Shown here: piece by piece, positions 50,561-63,557 of the stretch
Position numbering within the stretch: position 1 is the first letter of the stretch
Layout of the letters: every line of letters starts with the position of its first letter
NCBI RefSeq assembly: GCF_001194135.2
Contig: NC_068982.1
Coordinates: 68,661,262-68,725,261 of the forward strand
Length of the DNA: 64,000 nucleotides
Reading direction: 5' to 3'
From: Octopus bimaculoides
Taxonomy: Eukaryota
Position numbers and translations under genes: made by a program
Notes under the pieces: generated by a model
The model's input: the letters and a program-made list of their open reading frames with translations, nothing else
The model's database searches: none
Told to the model about the DNA's origin: nothing

Positions 50561-53500
50561 TGCCTGGGAGCGACAAATTGTAGATATTCAAGCAGTGTTG
50601 TTGTCGGTACTTCTGTCAATAACATGTCTGCTCAGTTCATGTTTTCGAAGCTGTATGGAATAAGAGATTCCTGACTTGAAAAACAGGTAAGGATTAGCAT
50701 CAGGAATAGTATCTGGTTGTAAAACAATGCACAAAACATATTTGTTAGATTGGAAAAAACAAACATAAAACATATGTGTGTAAAAAAAAAAATCCAATTT
50801 TATAGAGTAGAAATAAAAACTAAAGAACTTCTAAGAACTGTGTTGTTAAGAAGCTCACTTTTCAACCATCAGGTTATAATCCCACAGTGCAGTACTTGAA
50901 GAAAGTACTGCAAAGTGGGATTATATATATATATATATATATATATAATCATTATCATCCTTATCTATTACATCTGCTTTCCATGCCAGCATGGGTTAGA
51001 TGGGTCATGATGGTTAGAGCCAGGGGGCTTGTTTCACTTGAGTTTCCTTTTTGGTTTGGTTTCTAAGGCTTTCTAATACCAAGCACCAACTGCTTTACAG
51101 TTTATGAGTTGCTGTTTATGTGGGACCAGCAAGCCTAAAAGACTCTCAACCCACACCTAACAGATAGCACTGGATGCATATTTTCTGATACTTGCACAAG
51201 AGTGAGAGCCATATTCTCAATGCAATTAAAGGGGTCTGACAAAACCATGCCATGTGTCATCATCATCATCACTTAACACCCATTTTTCATGTCGGCATGC
51301 TTGGATGGTTTAACAGGATCTAGTGAGATGCAGTACCGTGTTGAGCTCCAATGTCAGGTTTGGCCATGGCTGGATCTCCTTTATGCTAACACTTTACAAT
51401 GCATGTATATCTATATAAAGAAATATGTAATGACCATTATTAATACCTTGTCTCATATATCACTATGTAAAAATACAGTATAACTGGAACACAACCATGA
51501 ATTTACAATATAGAATGGTGATGAACTATAACTTCAGACCTTGTCTGCAGAGGTCTTCACTAATCTAAACAATATTGTTAGCCTGGTGTACTAACAGAGA
51601 GCTTATAAGGTATTTTGCCCCGACTGATAATCTCTCACTAATAACTACATACAAAGATATTTCTCATCATCATCATAAATTCACTTTCCATGCCAGCATG
51701 GTTTGGAAGCACTGGCCACAAAAAACTGGGTCTTTTAAATAAAAATACCCCGTGTCAGACATTCCCATGTCATTTCACCATCATAAATGCAGTGCACCAG
51801 TAATTGGCTTATTGTTCACTAATTGTGATATAAAATATAAGTCAGCTACAAATGGTAATTTTCTTGGGAGAGCATACCTTAAAAAACATAACATAGGTAT
51901 ATTATAACCATAAACAGAGCGTTACATTAGCACTTCAGTAGACTATTTGAGGAAATAATAAGGATTTCTAACATGGCACAAGATCACACATTTTAGAAGA
52001 TGGGTACAATTGATTTAATTGGCACCAGATGGATGAAAGGTTAAGTCAACTCTGGTAACAGTGAATATATAGCTACATGTTCATGAAAGGAAAAGACATT
52101 CTATTAAATTTCTTAGGAAAACTACAACAGTGAAAAATAACAATTGCAGTCCTAAAATAATGCAAGTGCCAACAAAGAAATGTATTTGATATTTCTGAGT
52201 AGCATGCCATCATAAATCTTAGAGTAGTGATGTTGAAACTGATGGCTATTTTAATTATACTATCAGAGAAAGTAATTAACCAGTTCTATATACATCTACA
52301 GATGCAATACCTGAACACATCGTTAGTGTAGTTGTATCTTAAAATCATTGGGTGTTTTGGCTTTTATAACATACACCACACCCTCATTCAGGCTACCCAG
52401 TTTAGGTTGATCAACCCTAGACATGTGTCCAAGTGGCATTCTACTAACCCCACCAGTGGAATGTGCAAAGGCATCAAAGTCATCAGAATGTTTTCTTTGT
52501 GGCCTTTGTGTTGTTCTTGATCCAAATAGAATAACATACCAGAGACTGATAAGGATGGAAACATAAAACATATTGGAGTGCATGAAATCAGGATGGAAAT
52601 GTAGAAATGTAATGATAAATGAAAACTTGATCAATCGTATATACCAGCATTGATTGAATGAACACTTAACATATGTAATATTATTATGGAATACTTCAAG
52701 ACAAGATACAGAATTAAATTACAGGAAACCATGCTAAAGCTCATGTTGGAGCTTAATGCAGCCTTGCAGCTTGTTGGATGTGAAACCATCCAACCCACAC
52801 CAGCATGGAGAATGGATGATAATGATAGTATGGTTAAAGAGACATATGCATGCTTTAAATATGTTAACAAAATGCTGCACAATTGAATCACAAGACTCTT
52901 TTGTCAGTAAAGAGGATTTACTCTACATATTACATAGAAGGCCTTGAAATGTAAGATTTTCTTGTTTGGTGCCAATAGACTGGTAATAGGATTATAAGTA
53001 CTGGTCTAGATATTGTGTTCAGTTAAGCAATATATTTAAACAAAAATATTAAGCTTTATGATCAAAATTAAATTGTACAGAGTCAGTTGATACAACTTTT
53101 GTTTGCTTAAAGTGGAATGTTAAGAAACAATTTTAAGTTATATATCATGATACAAAATATATACACACTGAAGAGTACTGAATAAAAACGAGGAGAAACA
53201 ATAGTAAATTGACTGGTATATTTATAGAAATGTATTGATTTAATTGGTTAAATGTTCAGAAAAAAAAAAAGCTGGAATGGAAGGGAAAAATGTTGAATGA
53301 TGTTTTAGAAATAAATCAAATAAAATTTGTCACTTATAGGCTTCAATTCACTGTAGGATATGATGTTTATGTAAATCTAAACCAGAGTTACAGCCGAGTA
53401 ATGTAGTTGTTAGCTGGCGGTACAGGAATATGGCACAGTGATGACATACACCGCCTTTTTAATTCAACCAATTACAAGAGGCACCAGATGTAGACCGAAT

Positions 53501-54007
53501 TGTTTTAAGTACTTACTGATGTTTACAAACAATAAAATTGTATCCATGAATACATATTTGCATGAATGTTTGCATGCATGTGTCTGCTTGTTAATGTAGA
53601 ATATAATGAAACCACAGCCTCAAACTTTCCATGGGAGACATTGAATTTAGCATTCACATACTATAAGTCAGAGGTATTTTAACTGTACAGCAAAGAAAAT
53701 AAAATCTGTAAAATAAATAATTATTCTATATTGTCAAAAAACGGTACATCAAATTCCTATATGACAAGCAAAGAGGAAATCATTTTCTTCCTCAGGTTTT
53801 TATAGTTATAGAAATTATTTTCCAACTTACAGATAATATTTACAAAAAAAAAAAAATGTCTCAAGTTTCAATTATTTCTTCAAAGAAAACAACAGTATTT
53901 GAGACTCTCTTCATTATCTTGACGTTTGGAAACTGAAGTTTGACAAAAATACGTCTGTGACATATCTGAGTTGTAATGAAACTTTAATCCATACTTCTTA
54001 AAATTAA

Positions 54008-55621
54008 TTATTCGCGTCGCCTTTGTTTGCTTCGACTTGATTCATAGTCTTTACTACTGGATCGGGAATCCACATGAGTAGGACGTTTTTGTCCTCCGTG
54101 TTTGGCTTCCGTTAAGAATTTATCTAAACCAAAAGGATCAGGATCTTCTTCAAACTGAACAGGGCCATCTCGCTTCCGTGATTTATCAGTTCCGGCAAAA
54201 CCTTTCTCTGCTTCAAATCTCTTTGTTTTCATAATTGTTTCAAGATCATCACCATACATCTCTTTATCAGCATTTTTGAATGGTTTATAAATCGAATCAG
54301 CAATACTTCGATCTTGGCGCCAGGGTTTATCATACACATTATAGGCCTCATCATCACCAAACCCACTGTCCATTCCTTTAGTTCTATTAAAGAGTCTCTG
54401 ATCAAACTGAACTTCCTGAGAGTCTCCAACTCCTGTATTTGGAAGACCTAACGCAATAATTTCACTGACATCACGTTCTCTTTCACGTTGCAATTTAGAT
54501 CGTTTATCAGGTGCAGCTCTGGCCAAATTACGATCTCGTTGTCTGTCTTTTGATCTCTCTTTTCGCAGTTCATCTCTTTCGGCAACCTCTTCTTCTTTTT
54601 CTTCCCTACGAATTCCAGCGCGTTCTTCACGGGCTTTCTGGGCAAGTAAACGCAAATTACCTTCTTTTTTCTCCTTTTCTTTCTGAGCCATTTTTTTCTC
54701 AATTTGCGCTCGCATCTCAACAGCTTCTCTAGCTTTTCTGTCAGCTATATACAAGGCTTCGGCTAATTTAGCAAAGTTTTCGTTGATGTGTACACCTTGT
54801 AAACCTCGACCGTCAGCAGCCAACCGTTTATCAAGAGGAATTGTATAACCTTTAGCATTTTTCCAATTAGATATACAAGGTGGTATTTTCCATTCCTGCT
54901 GTTCTTTAACAGTTACTTTTCTGTTGGGAGAATGAAGAACAGGTGCAGGTGGTGAAGGGGGACCCCTTGGAATTTTTTTGTTTACTTTGAAACGCGCTGG
55001 TTCCATTGGATCTTTCTGAACATCAACCATGCGTATAATTCTTTGTTTAGCACCAGAATTATACGAGACTCCTTGTTGTGAAGGTGTGTATCTAATATAT
55101 TGGGCTGGAGCCTGCTTATCAGCGTGACGTACAGGCATTGCAGCTGACATTTTACTGGAAACAATTTTCTCCAGTGCCAGTCTTGTTTTCTCCGTTGTTT
55201 CCTCAATTTTTTCTGTATCTGGACGTTCCAGTTCTGGATCATTATCGTCAACATTTTTAGGAACAAGATCTTGAAATTTAGAATGAACAACTTTATCCTT
55301 ACCGTGACCCTGTTTGGCGATTGCATCGTATTTAATTTTTCCTTGTGAATCCAGTTGCATAGCCAAAGAATTCGAACTCGACTTTTTAAGGCCCATTCCA
55401 AGTGGGTACTGAACCACATGGATTTCAGGAAAAGCCCCGCCATCGCCAAAGTCTTCTTGAGTCCTTGGGATCCAGTTCTTCCTGTGTCCATACGGAGGTG
55501 CAGCACGTATGCTCTTTACAGTCACATGCTGCATGTAAAGTTTATGTCGTTCTTCATCTTCGTCATCCCGATCGTACACTTTCTGAGAGGGTTGTGGTAG
55601 AAATTGTGACAATGTAGACAT
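54008..55621 (-). CDS. SNW1: SNW domain-containing protein 1 (SKIP/Prp45/Bx42), single uninterrupted ORF of 537 aa
   Basis: Diagnostic motifs PPYG, DFGDGGAFPEIHV.QYP, GPPSPPAPVLHSP, WKIPPCISNWKNAKGYTIPLDKRLAADGRG and FDQRLFN. Full length with no stops or frameshifts. Confidence 0.98.
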   Translation of the reverse strand: MSTLSQFLPQPSQKVYDRDDEDEERHKLYMQHVTVKSIRAAPPYGHRKNWIPRTQEDFGDGGAFPEIHVVQYPLGMGLKKSSSNSLAMQLDSQGKIKYDAIAKQGHGKDKVVHSKFQDLVPKNVDDNDPELERPDTEKIEETTEKTRLALEKIVSSKMSAAMPVRHADKQAPAQYIRYTPSQQGVSYNSGAKQRIIRMVDVQKDPMEPARFKVNKKIPRGPPSPPAPVLHSPNRKVTVKEQQEWKIPPCISNWKNAKGYTIPLDKRLAADGRGLQGVHINENFAKLAEALYIADRKAREAVEMRAQIEKKMAQKEKEKKEGNLRLLAQKAREERAGIRREEKEEEVAERDELRKERSKDRQRDRNLARAAPDKRSKLQRERERDVSEIIALGLPNTGVGDSQEVQFDQRLFNRTKGMDSGFGDDEAYNVYDKPWRQDRSIADSIYKPFKNADKEMYGDDLETIMKTKRFEAEKGFAGTDKSRKRDGPVQFEEDPDPFGLDKFLTEAKHGGQKRPTHVDSRSSSKDYESSRSKQRRRE

Positions 55622-56200
55622 TTTTTCATCAAACCGTAAACGTCTATGGCAACAAATATGGAGGTAACTCTCGTTTACAAACTCTCACGTGAAAACAGGA
55701 TGTTAAACACCGTTACGTATTTTACTACTTATTTACTAATTTAATCAATAATAATTAAAAAAATTACAGTTATTATGTATTATATGATTTATTATATATT
55801 TCATTTTACAAGAAAAAGCTTAGTGCAACAAATTCGAATCTATGTCTATTCGGCAATATGGCGACTTTGTTATGGTTGGTATGGCGATGTTTGTTATTGT
55901 TAATATAAAGTTTACTTATTACACAGATTTAGGAATTTTATGTTTCGACAATATTAAACAGGATTAACCACTAAATTTAGAACAAATCTTAATAAGACAT
56001 TTATTTCTAATATTATGAGCACATTGACCCAGAATATGACTAATTGACGGTTGTTGCTAAGACAACTTTACCTTAACAACAGCCCGGCTGCGTGTAAATT
56101 GTCTCCAACATAGCTTCAGATATCTTCGGGTGGTGCTCGTTTAAACTCACTGAAAATGACCACCTGAATCTGCTATAATCCACTCTGTGCTGCTTAAGAA
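55622..56200. promoter_or_regulatory. Putative SNW1 promoter / 5' UTR region
   Basis: Repeat-free, locally CpG-containing sequence directly upstream of the ATG. YY1-like AATATGGCG near 55855; RFX X-box-like GTTGCTAAGACAAC at 56053-56066. Confidence 0.45.
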
Positions 56201-59200
56201 CATTTGTAAATGTGTATGTATTTTATCTTTTGTAATGCTGGCAATGCTTTGGATTTTAATAATTGCAACACTTGTTTATCCTATCAACACTGAGAAAAAA
56301 ATAACAAACACGACTGTTTATTTATAAAATCGCATCTTATTTTCCCTTTTAATATCGTTGATCCATTCTATCTGTATGTTGTGTCCTTTTATGCTAATCC
56401 CATTATTTTCCTCTGTTATATATTTGTAAAACATATTCTTTTTATGAAAGAAAAAACAATTTAAAATCTCTAAATACTTCATTATATTTATAATATATAA
56501 TTAATAATTGTGTATATTTGTTTGTTAATTCAGTTAATTACTAGTAGAAATATAAATTTAACTGCTATAAACTGTAAAAGCAAATTTGAATAAAGGCGGG
56601 AGGAACAAATATACTGTACTTTTCACTTCCATTTTCCTGCAATTAAATTTTCTAGTTGTATGCTTGTAACTTTGTATTCGCATTAATTATTGTTTTTATT
56701 AAAATCTTTGCCTAACAGTTGTCAAGTTTTATCATCGTCTTCACGCATCTTTCATTCATCCTTCCATCATTTGTGCAGCCGTCCATTCATTTATTTCAAT
56801 ATTATGCTTTCATTCATAATATAATGAACACAGTACACATAAACAATACAATTTAGTTTTAATTCACTTGTACCAGAATCCGTCTTTATTTCAGCGATAT
56901 GTGTTTTATTTAACGTTGTATTTTTGAAAATAAGCCTTTATTTGATAAAGAAATGCATAATGCACCTTAATCGAGCAATTTTGTGAATGGTGGATAAAAA
57001 TTATTCCGTATAATTATAGTTTGGTGTACTCCCAGTTTTTGAAATGGCAATTATGTTAATATAAATGTTTTGTAATTTTCTTTCGATATCGTGTTTATTG
57101 CACAAACCACGCACACACAAATCTACGACTTTATCCTGATTGATGTTGTTCACTAACAATATAAAATTAGAAAGTAAGATGACAAAAAACTTCCGAAGTT
57201 AACGTTTTAGCCTACTACAAATTGAAAGTGTTTAATAATTTTTGATTGTGCCTTCCATTTTCATGTTGATAATGAATATCAACCAGGATAAAGTAATAGT
57301 TTTTTTTTAATGTTGTGCAATGGTCATATGCAAGTTACTGAATGGTTAAAAAAATCATGGACTTATTTTTTTTCTGACTAAAATATATAAATAAAACTTT
57401 TGAAAATTTTTCATCAACGTAATCATTTAGACATTCTGCAAAATTTCATTAAAAATATATGCATTATGAAGAAAGTTAAGAAGCCAAGTCAGTAGGGAGA
57501 TATTTAGTCATAAAAAAAAAAGGATTAAATATAGACATCCATGGTTAAGATTTAATTTTAAGACATTGGAATATTCTGCTGATGCTCTTTTCAAAATATT
57601 GATCTATCGTTTGTTTATAAACCACAACAACTTGATCCCTTATAAGGTTTTCCGATCTCTATCCTGCAGACGTCTATCATTTAATTAACAGTTACGCAGT
57701 TGACATAGCTAAAAATACTTAATATAATTTGCCTTTATTACTAAATTTCTGGATCTGTCTGTATTATAAGTTTGTTATTTAAAAGTATGTAATAGAAACA
57801 AAAAAAATATTGTTTGCAATCCATAATTTCAAAGATTCTGTACCCAACCTCGATGTGTTTCATATTACAGTTGTTAAAAAGTCAAGTCGTATCGTCTAGT
57901 TTTCTTTTATAAGTGACGAGGGTGCATGTGTACGGGATCTTCTTGATCTTGCAATTCTGTAGTTAGTAATTAATATAGCAATTATAAGATAATTCAAGAA
58001 ACATCCTAAACACTATAAAGAGAAAAGCCACTCGACTTACTGGCATAAAATCACTCACTGACACATTTTAGCCTCTGACCCACAGCTGTGCTGTCTCCTC
58101 TTTCTATATTTTCTGCTATTAGAATGTCCTCTGTCTCTTAATTTTGAGACAGACACGTCTACTCAGGTACTCCTAATTCACTTCTCTTTCCTCCTCTCAT
58201 CACCCATGTTGTGTTCAAGCCACAAGGCTTTGCACTAGCCACTATGACCAGCCCTCTCTTCCCAGAAAGCCATCCATCTGGTGGTCCCTCCCTGTTTTTG
58301 TCTTACCTTTAGTCGTCAGCTTGCAATAGTTTAAGCAGAATATTAATAACATCAATCTCACTAAGCTCAGAAAGTCTGTGAAGGTTGTGGGCACTTTCAA
58401 AAAGAAATGTCAGCTAGGTTTTTTTCTTATTCTGTTAGAATTGTTTGTGCATCGTAATTGTATATGTAGTAGTATTTGAAGTAACAGCGTATCCAAAGGT
58501 TTGCAATTTTCATCAGTCATCTTGAGTCTTGGATGTAGAGGCTTGAGATAAACGACCTGTATCATGCTGCCCTCTTATAAATTGATTTTAGATGTAGTCA
58601 TATGAAAGTTTTTCAGTCGCATTATTTCAACGAATGGACCATGCCTGATTGTCGTCAAACTTCCTCCTTTTTTTATTTATAAGTCATTTGATTTTCTTTC
58701 CAGAGTTGAACAACATGTAAAAGTCATGCATTTTGCTTTGAGCTGATTACTTAACTTATAACATTCTTCAGGTGTCTTGTGATTCACCTTCGTGCCTCTA
58801 GGTGATTGCACTGCATTAACTAGCACCTTTGCCCACTATGCTATGCCCATAATTAGTCATTGACTAGCACCTTAACCCACTACACTATACCTGTAGGTAT
58901 TATCAGAGTGAATTTTTAAGGCTTATAAACTGTCATTGATGTCTTATGTTGGCTCCATTCTGATTGAATAATACAATTTTGTATTTCTGAGATGAGGAAT
59001 TTTTATATTATGTATTAATTGGAATGGTGTCTTCATCTTGATTGCTACTTTCACTACTTTTCGGCTGTGTATGCCCCAACCTTCAGAAAGTAACACCCAA
59101 GATGAGGACAGCACTCCACAGTAACATAAAACATCATTGAAGGTTTAAAAGCCTTAAAAAATTCACTCTGACACTGCCTATGGGCATACCAAAGTGGATA

Positions 59201-60049
59201 AAGGCGTTACTTAATGCAGTGCAGTCACCATAGAGGTTCTGAGTTCAATCCCAAACAATGAAAAAGGTTGGAACATTCAAAGCCAAAATGTAGTGAAAGC
59301 AACAACCAAGATAAGGACATCACTCCGATTAATATATATTATGACATTTTGTTAAAAATTTTCTAAATCAAATCCACAGTTCAAGAAAGCAATAGTCAAA
59401 TATTCATTAAAACAAGTGGAGTTCTTTGTCCCATTATTTTATCATCTTGTTTGCATTAGACATAACTAAATAGTTTTCTATATAACTCCATTGTATCATT
59501 CTTTTTGTTCATTTGATGATAATTGATGAGTCATCATCATCATCATTTAATGTTTGTTTTCCATGCTGGTATGAGTTGGACTGTTTGACAGGAGCTGGCG
59601 AGCCAGAGGACTGTACTAAGCTCCACTGTCTACTTTGGTGGGGTTTCTACAGCTAGATGCCCTTCCTAACACCAATCATTTTACAGAGTTTACTGGCCTC
59701 TTTTTACATGGCACTTGCACAAGTGAAGCCACCAAGTAACTCATAAGACAAGATCTTCAACCGAGGAGGGAATAATATTGAGGGGCGTGGCTTTGTGTCA
59801 GGTGATGAGAGGTTAAACTATGGACAGAGCGACAGAAACAGGTATCTTGCTGTATAGGAGACACATGGCTATCTCAGATTGAAAAAAGAGAGAGAGAGAA
59901 ACTGTGTCATGGTGTATCCTAAATTATAGAGAGGTGAAAGTGGTGTATTCACTTCCTTGTAGCTTGAAGGGATGGCCTGATACACTTTCATCATTCTCTC
60001 TCTTTTTTTCCCACTTTGGGTAGCAATATATCTCTTCTATCTGCTACAG

Positions 60050-61260
60050 TCATATGAATATGCTATCTACTTAAAAATTCCTCATATTCAGAGTGCTCAA
60101 ATTTAGTGCTACAGTTACTATGAACTTGGAGGAGTACTGCAAAGCTTTGAGTGACAGCTTGAGAAGTTGCTTTCTTAAGGCAAATGTGAAAGGGTAATTG
60201 ATTGACAAAATGTAAGCGCTGCTTATTTTAGAAATTGATTTTGGCTGCACAATATCAAGTGACTGTTGTTGATAAGGTTTTTGTTGATTGTATAAGATGG
60301 CCAGTTGTAATTTTGATGAACCTAGTGCCATTGAATATTCAGTGTTTTGAAAGTTTGTCAAAAATGTTTATTAAATTTCTGATTAGCATATGCAGCAGAA
60401 ATGGTCAAACATGGAAATTTACCTTTAAATTCAAACTGAAGTGATTGAAATTGTAATACTGCAATGATTGATAAGATATTAAAATCAGATATTCCACAGA
60501 TAAACTTCAGTAACTTGGTAGCAGTTGCTTACTACAATGTTTACTGTTGTTGTACTGATTAAGTTGAATGCTTTTTCAGAAATATCTTCATAAATCAAAG
60601 ACAATTCACTATCACTACCAACAGGCCACTGTTGATTGAGTTTATTCAGTGTTCAAAAGAAATTTCACTTAGATGTTTGACTGGGTGATATTGATGATTA
60701 CATTGGTTCACAAATTACCTGTTGAAATATGATGATATTAATGACATACTTTTACAAAATGTCCTATCAGCTTACAGTTAAAGCATTCTTTATGGCCATA
60801 CAATGTTTTTGATCCACATCAATAACAAATTTTAACCTGAATTGAAGTTGATTTCTTCACAGTTGCAACATTAGAAGTATAGTTATTCATGGTAATGCAG
60901 TCCATAATAGTAGATTTTCCCATCTAGCTTGTAGAAATGGTATCCTGTAACATAAAGATGTTTCCAGTTTTATGAGACAAGGCAATGCTTTAACAAACTA
61001 TCTTCCAATTGGTTTCCTTGTTTAGTCTTCAGCAAAATTCATCTCTAGTAGGGTCTTCTGTATTTCTTGTGTATCTAGATGTGTAGTAGTAGTTGGATAT
61101 ATACTAGCTTATTCTGTGTTTATATGGCTAGATCCTTGTCATAGATTGCATCCCCTATTTATGAAGGTGGTCTTTGAATTTAATTAAATTTCAAAATTTT
61201 CGATAGTTTTATCTAAACAGAATTTTGTTTGTTTGACCAACATAGTAGATGATAAAGGCC
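60050..61260 (-). pseudogene. Gypsy-type LTR retrotransposon gag-protease remnant
   Basis: CY*CG...CFNCKLIGHFVKVC gives an intact C-X2-C-X4-H-X4-C knuckle at 60744-60785. A protease-like GSDSELSLI follows, then FTFALRK. No LTRs identified. Confidence 0.55.
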
Positions 61261-63287
61261 AGCATAAAAAGTAATATCTAGCCTACATATTAAATATTTG
61301 AATTTTCAGGCTTATGTAACTTTGTTATGGATTAGAACACAGGTAGAAATTATGCACCATCTTGTATGAAAACATAAACTTTTCTGAGGACCCCCTCCTC
61401 AAAAAAAAAAAAAAAATCTGATTGTAAAGAGTGAACATGCTTCATTAATATATTACTGATACTATTTTACCAATTTCGGAGTATGGAAATGCATAGTCAA
61501 CACTGGTGGAATTTGAATTTAGAAATGTGTGACATTAAGTGAGACACAGTAAAATTAGCTTTTTATATCCTTCACACCAACTGTATCTACCTATTATTTC
61601 TTACACTATTAATAGACAATAATTCAGTGGCAATGAAGGACACCTGTCTAACTGAAGCAGGATTAAAATGAGGATGAAGGTAGGATAAGCTTTCTTCACA
61701 TTTAGGCTGTGATAACTTTCTGCACTTAAATGACAACAAAATTAAATATAGAAATTTTCATTTTATATTTCCTTTCCATGTTGGTTTGTGTTGGAAAGGC
61801 TGTCATGATTATTGTCAGTTCTTATTTGGAGTTACTTTTTTCCTTGATGGTATAATACCCCATCTTTTTGCTTGTATGTTAAATTTTTTTATTAGGTTCT
61901 TTGGCTGGATCCCCTTCTTAGCACCAACCATCTTTATTGAGTGCATTAAGTGTGTTTCCTCATGGCAACAGCACTAGAGAGGACCTCAACAAGACCAAAG
62001 AGACCTCTCTACTCTAGGTTCTTTTCCTTCATTTTCCAACCACTTTACATTGTGTAAAACATTGTTGAAATTCATTTCAAACCCCATTTTGTATTTAACA
62101 ATAATTACATCACCCAGCAGTTCATTGAATTGATATCTTGTGATTAGATGTTAGCTGAGGCTTTTTATTAATTAATGTGTTTGATTTTATAAACCACACA
62201 TATTAGTATAATGTCTAGTTTTCCTTGCTTATATTAAGTCGGTTGGCTTTTTAAAACAGTATCTTTATATGTTTGAATCTTGTTTTGTAACATCTGTGAA
62301 GTCCAATATTCTCATATCTAACTTAGCTACTTTCTAAATTTCCCTTGGCCTGCCTCTATTAATGGTATCCTCTACTATCACTTTGCATCTCATATACAGC
62401 ATTCATTTTCATTAACAATACAGCCTTGTGGCTCTCTGGTTCCTGTCAAATTGTTCAACCTATGCTGAAATGGAAACTAGATGTTACATCATCATTATCA
62501 TCATTGTCATCATCATCATGACGATGACCAGTTTGTCATCACTCCTGAAAACTAATGTTTCTGATGACTTCTACTTCTCAACTCACTTGTGTTCGACTTT
62601 TCTCTTAAATTAACATTACTCATCCGGCAAGCCATTTCCAATTCATTCTGCTTCAGTTGTATTGTCTGTTTATGTCTATGCATGCATATCTTTCTACTTG
62701 ATTTTCTTGTTCTTGATGCATTGTTGGTTTCAAATAACATATGATCTTCTGAATATATTAGTTCATCATTGCTGTTATTATTGCAAGGTCTGTAGCATTG
62801 AGATAACTATTCAAATTTTTGAGAGTGATCATTGCATCTAGCATATCATATAACCATGTTTCTGTGAATCTTCTGCATTCATTTCCTAGATTTTATTGTC
62901 ATATAGCATCATATTTTTTGCATCTCATATAACCTGATTTTTATTATGAGAAAGAAACTCCTTGTCTAATTTTTTAATGTTTTTTTTTGTATTATGAATT
63001 AATTATTTAAAGGAAGATGAAGGGTTGCACCTGTGACTTTTGTAGGTTCTTCCACACTGGTTACGCGTTGATATGGTTGATTTTTAATTTTTAATTTCCA
63101 CTCCTGTTATTCATGAATGTGAGCAGAGAGAGAGAGAAGAAGGTGCAGGCATGACTGTGTGGTAAGAGGTTTGCATTGCAACCACACGGATCTAAGTTCA
63201 ATCCTCTGTGTTGTACCATGGGCAAGTGTCTTCTACTATAACCTTAGGCTGATCAAAGCTTTGTGAGTGGATTTGGTCAACAGAAGC

Positions 63288-63358
<71 letters not shown>

Positions 63359-63359
63359 C

Positions 63360-63557
63360 CTGACTGGCCTTTGTGCCGGTGGCACGTAAAAGCACCCACT
63401 ACACTCTCAGAGTCGTTGGCGTTAGGAAGTGCATCCAGCTGTAGAAACTGCCAAATCAGATTGGAGCCTGGTGTAGCCATCTGGTTCACCAGTCGTCAGT
63501 CAAATCGTCCAACCCATGCTAGCATGGAAAGCGGACGTTAAATGATGATGATGATGA
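63360..63557 (+). mobile_element. Young RTE 3' tail
   Basis: Differs at only a few positions from the tails at 10210-10410 and 7620-7800. Confidence 0.88.

Noticed and set aside
53438-53519. Box C/D snoRNA (GTGATGA...CTGA, 82 nt)
   Set aside because: Only a 3-bp terminal stem, no rRNA or snRNA guide complementarity I could recognise, and no host intron on this strand.
54229-55617. Overlapping alternative-frame and antisense ORFs within SNW1
   Set aside because: Expected by-products of a long coding region; no recognisable motifs.
55646-55663. + strand micro-exon ATGGCAACAAATATGGAG|gtaact
   Set aside because: No downstream + strand exons were found to join it; it is better explained as SNW1 5' UTR or promoter sequence.
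60071-60361. 96-aa minus-strand ORF as a host gene
   Set aside because: It lies within the Gypsy remnant and has no splice-supported partner exons.
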